DNA of 42,909 nt from Octopus bimaculoides (taxonomy: Eukaryota), in contig NC_068983.1 of the NCBI RefSeq assembly GCF_001194135.2, positions 12,319,261 through 12,362,169 of the forward strand, in the 5' to 3' direction. The position numbers and the translations under genes are program-made. The notes under the pieces were generated by a model. The model was not told where the DNA came from. It saw nothing but the letters and a program-made list of their open reading frames with translations, and did not search any database. Of this stretch, positions 26,128 to 38,168 are shown one piece after another; the stretch's first letter is position 1, and each line of letters starts with the position of its first letter.

Positions 26128-26230
26128 TTCTGTCTCTCTCTCTGTCTCTCTCTCTGTCTCTCTCTCTGTCTCTCTCTCTGTCTCTCTCTCTGTCTCTCTC
26201 TCTGTCTCTCTCTGTGTCTCTCTCTGTGTC

Positions 26231-26297
<67 letters not shown>
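26128..26297. repeat. (CTCTCTGT)n-like / (CT)n / (TA)n compound microsatellite
   Basis: Direct read. Confidence 0.93.
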
Positions 26298-26305
<8 letters not shown>

Positions 26306-28077
26306 TGGCCGTAGAACAAGTTGTATTCATAATATGCATGGGAAAGATTACTCTAATCTCTTTCCACGCATTCCTATTCACATGTGAATATACATGTGAG
26401 TTTACATACATGCATACATACATACAGACAAACATACATGCATACATACATACATACATACATACATACATACACTGTGTTATGCAACACACTACCTAAA
26501 TAGCAATCTGGAGAAATTAGGCTTCTCAAAAGTAGAAAGGAGAAAGCTGATTCGAATACAATACATCCAATCTATCACTGGAACTGTAAATATCTGTAAA
26601 ACTTTGGAGAAGTTTATCATTTAAAGTATATATGAGCATGTCTAGATATGTAACTAAAGGCATGAGCATACTTACATAAAACAAACCATAAGAAGTTAGA
26701 CGTATACATACAAAAATACCCTGTTGATGTTGTTGAAATTCCAATGAAGACATGGATCCAGGTTAGAAACCGGGTCTTTCTTTATTGGCAAGTAATCTTG
26801 GAATAAAACCTAATAATGACATATATACATGCATCCATACAAATGCACACATACATAAATACAGACATATATCATGTATACATGCATACATACAGACACA
26901 CATACATACACACATGCATACATATATGTGCATACGTACGTACATATATATATATCTGTGTATATATATATGCATATATATATATATATATATANNNNNN
27001 NNNNNNNNNNTATATATACAAAATCAATTTGAAAAACCTACACGACTAGGTGAAAAGCGCTTCATTTAATATGTGACATTAATAAAAATCTGTAAATGTA
27101 GAAACATCCAGGTTTCTGAGTACCTTAATTAAAATTTTTTTCTATATAATTTCTGTACATCACCTCCAAACCTTCAAATATATATATACATATATGTACA
27201 TGGATATATATATGATGTATACGTATGTGTATATATTTATATATACATATTCATGTATATATATATTTCTATGTACATTGTACAGTCACACACAGAGACA
27301 CATACTCACACATACACACATATATACGTGTGTTACCATAGATACATGCATATCTTTATGTGTATATATAGGTGTGAACATTTAAGGACGTGTGTATACA
27401 TAGAAGTGTTTTATATATATAGGTAGATACACACACATACATGCACACACACACACACATACACACACACACACGCACACAAATATAATACTCATATAAA
27501 GAGAAATTGATAGATATAAGATATGTGTGTGTGTTTTTATGTATGCAAATGTATGTATACATTTCTGTGTGTAAATACGTATGTTCTTTTCTATTTTTAA
27601 TTATTTCAATTTTTCTGGTAAAGAAGAAGCTTCTTTCTATCAATAATATATCACAGCATTTAAGATACCGCTTCATAGTAGGATAACTGGCGCGTCAACT
27701 TCAGACTAGGATGGCCTCTTGTTGTGTTCTACTTGTGCAACTCGGAATGGTTTCTGATCATTGAATATACTGACCGAGCCATCAACAATGACTTGGTTCG
27801 TTTATTTGTCCTACGGCAGCAGTGAGGACTCCACGGAATGAACCATGTACACTAAGTGTCAGATATGGAGTGCAAAGACCGACTGTATGGCGAATTCGCC
27901 ACGGCACTGCATTCATGTTCGTTTCTAAGATTTTTGCAAGGCAGACATACGTAAAGGTGAAGTTAACTTCTTGAGTTATATCGACTCATAAGGCCGCTTT
28001 GCCCGTTTCATGGTGTATTATCCTCAGCTGACTGGAACACCAGCTCGTCGCAGGATCACTCATTCTTGTCAGCAGAG

Positions 28078-28886
28078 CGGTGACTGGCTTGGCTATGGAA
28101 GCTTTTTAATGCCATTTTCATCCAACAAATCTTGAGTTAGGTTAGCCGTCTGACAAAGAGCCCCGTCTTCCATAAATAAAGTCTTCTTTAATCATTTCCC
28201 CACTGGAGAAGATTGTAAGGAGTCCTTTCTGCAATATGGACACATATTTATCTGCGTTTGTGCTTCCCTCACACTCCACCATCTCTGATCAACCATTGCT
28301 CCAAATTGCTCCCTAGACTATCACAGAATTGCAGCCGTATCTCACTGTTTGTTGCAATTCTTTCACATCAAATTCTTGATCACAGTCTCCAGACCCACAC
28401 TCTGCCACTGTGAGGAAATACAGCAAATCTGGACCCATCACAGTATATGACAGTGTCCCAAAATGGGGGTGGCCTCTCCTCCATCTCACTGGTTCAATCT
28501 TTTCTCTGCTTCATGTTGGTTGGTCGAAGAATTGTCTCCCTTCTTGCTGCTCTGCCATAATAACCAAGTTTGTAGAAATCTCTGACTGCTGTTCTGCGAC
28601 TGCCATCAACTCGTTCTGCTATATCAGAGTCATTGCAATGAGGATTATCCTCCACACTGCTCTTAACAAAGAGAAACGTTCTGTCAGAGAACCCTGGTTG
28701 ATCTGGGAGAGGTGATGTGCACACCTTTCCGTCTCGGGTGAATTGCACAATCACTCTATTAAGTGTAGAAAGCGGGATCCCAAGGTTTTCTGCGATTTTA
28801 CGTTGATTATACCCACCTTCAGAATGACCCACAATATCGCCTCTTTAAAATTCCAACAGTTCCAAGGCTTCCTTTACACGTGGCAT
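28078..28886 (-). pseudogene. Tc1-family transposase pseudogene (stops and frameshifts, truncated before the third catalytic residue)
   Basis: [111 protein letters not shown], ending before the expected DLNPIE. A possible 5' TIR remnant lies near 28995-29017 (weak). Confidence 0.9.
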
Positions 28887-29053
28887 GATTAAACAGTACC
28901 AGATAGAACTTGAAACATAAAAATACCAATTAATATAAAATATATGAACATTTACAAGTTAGAACAAACACAAAACGATATTTTATGGGTTGTCTATTTA
29001 CTTCTGTCATGCCTAAGTACATACGTACACATATGCACGCATACTCAGACACG

Positions 29054-29096
<43 letters not shown>

Positions 29097-29344
29097 ACAC
29101 ACACACANNNNNNNNNNNNNNNNNNNNNNNNNNNNNNNNNNNNNNNNNNNNNNNNNNNNNNNNNNNNNNNNNNNNNNNNNNNNNNNNNNNNNNNNNNNNN
29201 NNNNNNNNNNNNNNNNNNNNNNNNATATATATATATATATATATACATGTATGTATATTTATTCACAGTAATACACACACACTCGCGCACACATTAGAAA
29301 GACATGTCATTTGCGTCTTTGTCAAGGGAGACATACTTATTTTG

Positions 29345-29801
29345 CGGTGTGAGTGTATTGGGTTTTATCAGAAGATATTGTTCAGGGAGTTATGCTCAGC
29401 ATATAATGTTTTACATAGAATAAAGAAAAATGAAGAATTTCACAATTGTATTTTCGAACCCTATACGAATATAATAGGTCCATATGGAAAGATAAACGTT
29501 AAACAAATGCAAGATAAACGAGAATGATACCAAGATTATGAATTAGGAAAAAATATATCGACGGTGGAGAAGATTAAGTACAAAGATAGAGAAACAAGTA
29601 TTGTTGAACATACGACAGTTTTTCGTGAGAAGAAAAACAATGTGAGAAAATGCCATTAAGCAAATATCTTATCTTACAATGGCAGGATCCATTAGAATAA
29701 CAGAGAAGCAAGTGATTAAATTTTAAATGTGCAAATAATATAATTTTGTGAGGATAGAGAATAGCGGTTTGAGATATACCTACAACACGCAAAACGGCTG
29801 T
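29345..29801 (+). pseudogene. Possible highly degenerate PLE GIY-YIG fragment with 3' tail motif
   Basis: LCSAYNVLH...NIIG resembles CL..NVIY...YIG; SKYLIL....LE*QRSK*LNFKC resembles EKYxIL..LNKRSE..KC; followed by AAACGGCTGT, also seen 3' of the 37-kb PLE arm. Confidence 0.35.
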
Positions 29802-30190
29802 AAATAAGGACGAATGTTTGCGTGAATGTATTTGATGTATGCGTTAATGTACGAATGTATGTGTGTAGGTAAACATATATTTACGTACCACGAAAATGTA
29901 TATAAACATATTGAAAGAGGAACACATATATTTCAAGTTTGTGCAAACATATATATATATATATATCTTTATATATATNNNNNNNNNNNNNNNNNNNNNN
30001 NNNNNNNNNNNNNNNNNNNNNNNNNNNNNNNNNNNNNNNNNNNNNNNNNNNNNNNNNNNNNNNNNNNNNNNNNNNNNNNNNNNNNNNNNNNNNNNNNNNN
30101 NNNNNNNNNNNNNNNNNNNNNTATTTCGTATGTTTTCAACGAATGTGACATCGAAATCACGTGTAAACAGCTCCTTTTCCCAGAGAAAGG

Positions 30191-30309
30191 AAAGATTTGG
30201 CTGCTATTTCTTGCACGCCCTGCTACCATGTAACAGGTATTTCGGGGCCGTCATCGCAAATAGCTGTCACGTGGTAGCCAGGCGTGCTAGAAATAGCAGC
30301 CAAATCTTT
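30191..30309. repeat. 119-bp imperfect hairpin (inverted repeat)
   Basis: Arms 30191-30231 and 30269-30309 (41 bp, 4 mismatches); pairing continues inward (acaggtattt/aaatagctgt). Confidence 0.85.
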
Positions 30310-31346
30310 GGAGATGGGATACGTTGAATGCACTAAAAAAAGACCTACGGAAAGAAAATAAAAAAAAAAAACGTTTCACACTAAGATTACGAACGGGTCT
30401 TTTTCAAAATATTTACCATATTCTGAAAGTCATTTTCACCTTAGAATTTTTTTTAAATATGGCAACAACAATTTTGTAATGGTATCACTTAAAATAATTT
30501 TTAAAAAGATTAAAATATTGTCTGTTTACAGAAAGCTAAAATGTAAATACTTACTGTACAAACAACTTGCAATTTTGAAATCACATTCACTTAAAAATAT
30601 TTCTAAATCATTAAAATATTGCGTTTAACAAAAGCGAAAGTAGAAATGTGTACTGTAACAAAAACAAAAATCGCACTTTTTCGTTGTCAACTTACTGTCT
30701 AATAGAAAGAGTTTCTTCCCTTCCGGGATGAAGACTATTTACGGAACGTTTTGCTATTACTCACCGTTTTGGGTATTTATACCCCGAAAATCCCTAATAT
30801 CTCGAAAACCACTACCAATTTACGCGAAACTTGTTTCATTCCGTTCGTATTAACATTTCAGGGTTAGTTTTTATAAATCTGCTACACCTGCTTCTGCCCT
30901 CCGACTGCAATACGTAGAGCAGATACTGCAAATCATTTCGTCCACGCTCTAAAAAAACCCTCCAATTTACTTCTCAGAGATGCTTAATTTTAGCAAACCC
31001 ATAAATATTATTATTAGCAAACTTGCCTCTCTGCAATTGAATTCTGAAATAAAAGACTTAGAGCAAATGTCCAAGGCCTTCCGCCTGCAGCCTAACTCAC
31101 GCACATCACATCCGACAAGTGTTCACAATAAACGCATACATAGAGCCTGCAGCCAATCACACGCTCATAAATAATACATAGATATAAGATACACACACAA
31201 TCTCTCAACAACCACACTCAGCCATCAAAGTACCGCTAAGATGTGCGCAAACACACACATACACACACATGCGCGTGCGCACGAACATGCAGGCTTCTGG
31301 AAATACACACCCACACATATATATATGTATATATACATATGTGTGC

Positions 31347-31378
<32 letters not shown>

Positions 31379-31409
31379 AAACATGTAAGCCAGGACGGTG
31401 ATATACTCA

Positions 31410-31612
31410 TTACTCTTTTACTTGTTTCAGTCATTTGACTGTGGCCATGCTGGAGCACCGCCTTTAGTCGAGCAAATCGACCCCAGGACTTATTCTTTGT
31501 AAGCCTAGTACTTATTCTATCGGTGTCTTTTGCCGAACCGCTAAGTTACGGGGACGTAAACACACCAGTATCAGTTACCAAGCAATGCTGGGGGACAAAC
31601 ACAGACACACAA

Positions 31613-31643
<31 letters not shown>

Positions 31644-31968
31644 NNNNNNNNNNNNNNNNNNNNNNNNNNNNNNNNNNNNNNNNNNNNNNNNNNNNNNNNN
31701 NNNNNNNNNNNNNNNNNNNNNNNNNNNNNNNNNNNNNNNNNNNNNNNNNNNNNNNNNNNNNNNNNNNNNNNNNNNATATATATATATATACATATACATA
31801 TATGCGACGGGCTACTTTCAGTTTCCGACTACCAAATCCACTCACAAGGCTTTGGTCGGCCCGAGGCTATAGTAGAAGACACTTGCCCAAGGTGCCACAC
31901 AGTGGGACTGAACCCGGAACCATGTGGTTGGTAAGCAAGCTACTTACCACAAAGCCACTCCTGCGCCT
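31410..31968 (-). mobile_element. SINE family A, full length, with an N-gap in its internal microsatellite
   Basis: Reverse complement of 41297-41733; head ends in ccactcctgcgcct. Confidence 0.92.
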
Positions 31969-32479
31969 ACCTGGAATGTTTATGTCAATATGCATGGTTA
32001 ATAAGAGTAAACGATAAGGAAGTCATTAGCAACAACTACGCCAGTGGCACAGTCCAAGATTTTCAAACATCATTCTGTTTAAACTTCTGTTTATTTAATT
32101 TCTCTGTTTAAATGATCAAATATATGACCATTACAGCAGCACATTCTTTAGTTATCAATTGAACATCATAACAATTTAATAGTCTTTCCTGCCAAATCAG
32201 TATCAAAAATTAAATGTGGAGCATATACATATGAAATGAAATTACTGAAAGCTGTCTTAAACATGTATTGACTGATTTATCATAAGCTTCACTTGTTACC
32301 TCATACACCAGATTACTCATTTAATTTGCGAATTGCAGAGCATCACGTAGAGAGTGGTATTTGTTCCGACTATCTGTCTTCGGAGTTCAAATCCTACCAA
32401 TTTTAGAACTCTGCCTGTCAGTCTTCAATGAAAAAATAGCGCACAAGCTTCTTCTATAACGTTTACAAAACTGTCATGG

Positions 32480-32990
32480 GTGGAATGCTTCAGTATTGAA
32501 CTACATGTTATTTTCATCAGTCCATTTGTGTGTGCATGCCGTTCGTTTTGCAGTTTTACTATGACATCAGGGTTCTTGTGAGCCTGAGATTCTTTTGTAT
32601 CATCATCGTAGCTGGTGACAGTGGCTGAATGTACCACTGAGGACATGTCTGACAGAGCCACTACAGAGAATAATGGTCCAAGTATAGTTCCTTGAAGAAC
32701 TCTGCTGACGATTGAGAATAATTTCACAGAAAGAAAGAAGAAGATCCTAGACGCCATGTTGTCGTGAACGTAATAACTGCGGACGGAAAGCCTTACAGTT
32801 TTTGCTTCACCCACTTGGCACCTTGGATACTTTTAGCGAAGTCCAATCCGATCGAAGCATTCTGCCCACTTCTAACTTCCACTACTACCCATTGCAATCT
32901 CGTAAATGTTATAAAAGAATCATCGGCGCTACCTTTCCTTCTCGTTATGACAGCAACGTAACCGTTGTCAGCTACTTGGAAAACATTGAT
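32480..32990 (-). pseudogene. Degenerate CR1/L2-type LINE reverse transcriptase fragment
   Basis: Minus frames give GLDFAKS (LDFAKAF-like), VLQGTILGPLF (GVPQGSVLGPLL-like) and YDDDTK (YADDTK-like) in the correct order. Confidence 0.65.
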
Positions 32991-33092
32991 TTTTCCATAA
33001 ATGGAATCGATGATGTTTATTCTTTCTGATCTTTTTATTGCCGTGCGCGGTAATAGTGGCAGTTCTGTAATTGAGCTTTATATACGACTAAT

Positions 33093-33093
33093 G

Positions 33094-33170
<77 letters not shown>

Positions 33171-33177
33171 ACACACT
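33093..33177. repeat. (CA)n microsatellite
   Basis: Direct read. Confidence 0.95.
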
Positions 33178-33705
33178 AATTATTATTAAAGATATCATTG
33201 CCACAACATGGAGAGTCAAATAAACCAAGTTGTTCAATCCAGGCAAATATATGTCATTCGTTAAGAGCTGCTAATGGATATATAATTGTTGTCATAGAAC
33301 ACCGTACTAATTGCAGGGTATAATTAGGATGACGTCATAATAATTAAACAATATAACTCGTGCATTTATGTAGTTTTAGATAGGGTGTAATATCATATAA
33401 ATTCTAATGAAATATTCGATCTTTAACATCGGATATACTCAATAAATAATATGAGGTTAATAGCAGGATTTTAATCAAAGTTTTTGGTACATTCAAACGT
33501 ATTCCGATATAACCTATATACATAATTGCATACATATATTCAAACATTGATATACATACACATGCAAACGCACATACATACATACATACACACCTGATGA
33601 AGAGCGTCCAATAACACTACTTATTCCGCGTCCGCGTGTTGTTGTTTTTTCATGTTTTTTCTTGCTTATTCATGTTTGGATTGACTACACACACGCGCAC
33701 ACACA

Positions 33706-33772
<67 letters not shown>

Positions 33773-34485
33773 NNNNNNNNNNNNNNNNNNNNNNNNNNNN
33801 NNNNNNNNNNNNNNNNNNNNNNNNNNNNNNNNNNNNNNNNNNNNNNNNNNNNNNNNNNNNNNNNNNNNNNNNNNNNNNNNNNNNNNNNNNNNNNNNNNNN
33901 NNNNNNNNNNNNNNNNNNNNNNNNNNNNNNNNNNNNNNNNNNNNNNNNNNNNNNNNNNNNNNNNNNNNNNNNNNNNNNNNNNNNNNNNNNNNNNNNNNNN
34001 NNNNNNNNNNNNNNNNNNNNNNNNNNNNNNNNNNNNNNNNNNNNNNNNNNNNNNNNNNNNNNNNNNNNNNNNNNNNNNNNNNNNNNNNNNNNNNNNNNNN
34101 NNNNNNNNNNNNNNNNNNNNNNNNNNNNNNNNNNNNNNNNNNNNNNNNNNNNNNNNNNNNNNNNNNNNNNNNNNNNNNNNNNNNNNNNNNNNNNNNNNNN
34201 NNNNNNNNNNNNNNNNNNNNNNNNNNNNNNNNNNNNNNNNNNNNNNNNNNNNNNNNNNNNNNNNNNNNNNNNNNNNNNNNNNNNNNNNNNNNNNNNNNNN
34301 NNNNNNNNNNNNNNNNNNNNNNNNNNNNNNNNNNNNNNNNNNNNNNNNNNNNNNNNNNNNNNNNNNNNNNNNNNNNNNNNNNNNNNNNNNNNNNNNNNNN
34401 NNNNNNNNNNNNNNNNNNNNNNNNNNNNNNNNNNNNNNNNNNNNNNNNNNNNNNNNNNNNNNNNNNNNNNNNNNNNNNNNNNNNN

Positions 34486-34540
<55 letters not shown>

Positions 34541-35846
34541 ACACACACAAATAGACTTGCATACACATGCAATAAGTGTACATGCACATATATCCCTGAT
34601 AAATTATGTGTACATATATATGGTTGTGCGCGCGCGTATCTCTGTGTGTAGCTCCATATATGTGTAAATAAATTACATTTCGTAAATTTTATTTATGTAG
34701 TTTAATGTGTTGCGTTATATGAATCTGGAATTCGCTCCACTGATAATTAATGTTGCTGTTCCGCTCTTTTTGCTATCCATGCCAAGGGTTTAAATATTGA
34801 CCTGCCATGAACTGTTTTGATATTAACTGAGGTACTTCAGGCTACGAAATGATACAATATCAATGCAAACTTAAATTGATTTCCAAAAGCGGTCACGATA
34901 AGCGGTAAGCATTCCCAATTTATCGTTATCTGACAGTAGAAATCAATTAGATAGATTCGATTATAGACAGGAAATTAAATAACTGTTATTCTAACTTAAA
35001 TATCTTATAAGAACTCAAAGTGCAGCATTTCATTGATATATGCTTCTTACCTTTTCGATTTGCCTGTAAGCTTCTGATAGCTAATAACGTAAAAGTCCTA
35101 ATGGACAACTTAACTCATGGGTCTCGAAAACTCATTAAAATGATAACTTTCTCGCTTATATATGAATATTTGATGCTAGCAATCCTTTTGAGATGCTTGC
35201 GAAGATATTCGTTAATTATCAATAGACGTGAGACAAAGGGTTGGAGAGGAGGGAGGAGATGAAAAGCTGACCGAAGCAAGATTTGATCCCTGGACAATAA
35301 TCTATCAAACTACACACAAAGAATTCTGTGCGGTAATATGCTATCTCAGTAATCTCAAGAACACCCTGGGCGTTTGTGAGCATATTAAGAAAAGTCAATG
35401 TATCACATTCTATCACTAACATTTACTTGATGCTTATATCATCAATTTAGATGCTCCCACTTGTAATGGTGTTCCTATTTCTATGAATCTTATTCCAGAC
35501 GTTTAAAAATAATCTCGAAAATTATTAAGTATTCTGTGTGAAGTTTACAATATAAATCTTTTAAGAAGAATACTCGTAGACGTAAATGTATGCTGCGAGA
35601 ATCTAAAACAGTTTAAATTAGAACAAGCAAAATGAAATTTTATGATCTTCGGCAAGTACTTACCTTTACACCCAAATGTACACTTAGTACAAGACTAGAT
35701 TGAAGCTGTAAGTCAAGATAATCTAATATATTGGTAATAACGTTCTAATCTATTGGCCCACTAATAGACACATGTAATCAAGGAAGAAGTCTCAAACTTG
35801 TGGCTTTGATGATCTGCTAGAAATATCCGCTAAATCAAGCCCCACA

Positions 35847-35878
<32 letters not shown>

Positions 35879-36457
35879 NNNNNNNNNNNNNNNNNNNNNN
35901 NNNNNNNNNNNNNNNNNNNNNNNNNNNNNNNNNNNNNNNNNNNNNNNNNNNNNNNNNNNNNNNNNNNNNNNNNNNNNNNNNNNNNNNNNNNNNNNNNNNN
36001 NNNNNNNNNNNNNNNNNNNNNNNNNNNNNNNNNNNNNNNNNNNNNNNNNNNNNNNNNNNNNNNNNNNNNNNNNNNNNNNNNNNNNNNNNNNNNNNNNNNN
36101 NNNNNNNNNNNNNNNNNNNNNNNNNNNNNNNNNNNNNNNNNNNNNNNNNNNNNNNNNNNNNNNNNNNNNNNNNNNNNNNNNNNNNNNNNNNNNNNNNNNN
36201 NNNNNNNNNNNNNNNNNNNNNNNNNNNNNNNNNNNNNNNNNNNNNNNNNNNNNNNNNNNNNNNNNNNNNNNNNNNNNNNNNNNNNNNNNNNNNNNNNNNN
36301 NNNNNNNNNNNNNNNNNNNNNNNNNNNNNNNNNNNNNNNNNNNNNNNNNNNNNNNNNNNNNNNNNNNNNNNNNNNNNNNNNNNNNNNNNNNNNNNNNNNN
36401 NNNNNNNNNNNNNNNNNNNNNNNNNNNNNNNNNNNNNNNNNNNNNNNNNNNNNNNNA

Positions 36458-36489
36458 AAGTTCCGAGTTCGATTCACGGCAGCGACCTG

Positions 36490-36561
<72 letters not shown>

Positions 36562-36740
36562 GTAACATCGATAGGAATGAGAACCCAGGTTCGAAATTTC
36601 CCCAAGACACCTGACGAAGGCTGGAGGGTATATCAGCCAAAACGCTGTGTTAACAACAAACAAGATGAGGACGAATATCCGTCAAATGTAAATAATGTAA
36701 ATAATGTAAATAATTCCTCATCTCTTAAATATAGAACTGT
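36458..36740 (+). mobile_element. Composite non-coding retroelement candidate: B-box head remnant, (AAT)n and decayed hammerhead tail
   Basis: gagttcgattc (36465-36475), (AAT)n 36492-36560, HHR-like 36606-36651, and a 9-bp stem 36663-36671/36715-36723 enclosing (AAATAATGT)x3. The 5' end is lost in a gap. Confidence 0.55.
36606..36651 (+). ncRNA. Decayed minimal type I hammerhead ribozyme
   Basis: gacac-CTGACGA-a-GGCTG-gagggtatat-CAGCC-aAAA-cg-ct-gtgtt: stems I and II pair, but G12>A and U16.1>C alter the core. Confidence 0.6.
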
Positions 36741-37440
36741 ACTACCTCCCCATGTTAGTGCCTTTCAAACATATCACTCCACCTTCCACTTCTCACATAT
36801 ATTTCTTCCTTACATTCTTATCTCTTCCCTCTATACACTCCTATTCATTTTATCCTGATAGCTGTCCTCTCCCACCCGCTCACAATATCTTGACCATCAT
36901 CTAACCCACCTTTTTCATTTTTTCTTCCCCTTTCTTTTTTTCTTTTTTTCTTTCTTTCTTTATTTCTTTCTTTCTTTATTTCTTTCTTTCTTTATTTCTT
37001 CTTTCCTCGCCTATTAAAGGAAATGGTGGCATGGGATGATTTTAAGAAAAATCTTCAGTAGGTACAGAGTCTAACAGCCGTTTCGAGAATATGTATGTTT
37101 AGATGGGTGAATTATTTGTATGTTGAGATGGGTGAATTATTTACAATCATAACAATCATTCACATTTTTTTTTTATCAGAGGTAATTTAAGAGGATTTAC
37201 AAAAGGTTTTTTTTTTAATTCTATAAACACATAAGAATGTTTTTAAGAATTTCAAAATTGGAATGCTGTATCGAAGGAACATACTGTTCAGACGAATGAC
37301 ATATAATAAGAGCTGATTTTACATGTTTGAGTAGCTTATTAAACTATTGGTAATAGTGCTTGAAGATGAATCCAAACGCACAAATTGTAAACAGGTTAAA
37401 ATCATATAAACTAATTAATTTTTGGGGAAAAAAATTAAAC

Positions 37441-37664
37441 GTTGATAAGAATTTCTGTCTACAAAGTATTATGACATCTGAAATTTTATTAAGTAAATTT
37501 TTTTTATCAGTACGGAGTATATTGATCGATTCTTTTGTTCATAATTTAGAATTTCTCGTGTGCGTATTGTATGGTGCGGTTTCCATTATAACAGAGTAAT
37601 CCAGACTGAATTCTTTATTACGCATTTTTAATTTATTAATGTGGGTGGTTAGTGCGGTTGAGTT
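37441..37664 (-). mobile_element. PLE GIY-YIG C-terminal fragment, inverted copy
   Basis: NSTALTTHINKLKMRNKEFSLDYSVIMETAPYN..TKESINILRTDKKNLLNKISDVIILCRQKF; about 88% identical by hand to 37945-38168. Confidence 0.88.
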
Positions 37665-37764
37665 TAATGGCATCGATAGAGATGACCATATAGCTGGACT
37701 GTATATGAATAATAATAAGAATACAGATATGAAAATTAGAAAGGCAAAGCATGGAAATAAAGCA

Positions 37765-38168
37765 TGTAATTGCCGTAACCGAATCTTATGTCCTTTAATG
37801 GGATTCTGTTTAAGGTGAACTGTCGTGTATGAAGTTGAGGTTACAGCCCTCAATGAATCTGAGAAGATATACATAAGAATTATGACTGAGTTTAAGATTA
37901 GATACAGGGGGCACACAAATTCATTTACTAATCAAGAAACAAAGAACTCAACCGCTCGAGCCATCCAGACTAATAAATTAAAAATGCGAAATAAAGAATA
38001 CAGTCTGGATTGGTCTATTATAACGGAAACCACACCATACAATACATACATTAGAGATTGTAAATTATGTACAAAAGAATCGATCAATATACTCAGTACT
38101 GATAAAAAAAATTTAATTGATAAGATTTCAGATGTCATAATACTTTGTAGACATAAATTCTTCTCTAC
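37765..38168 (+). mobile_element. PLE GIY-YIG endonuclease with upstream Cys motif
   Basis: CNCRNRILCPLMGFCLR*TVVYEVEV..KIYIR..FKIRYRGHTNSF..DWSII..PYN..CKLCTKE..ILCRHKF: Cys cluster plus GIY-YIG, as in Neptune-type PLEs. Confidence 0.88.

Noticed and set aside
32435-32935. ~30-bp inverted similarity between 32435-32465 and 32902-32935
   Set aside because: Only about 70% identity, inside a LINE relic, with no TSD; probably chance.
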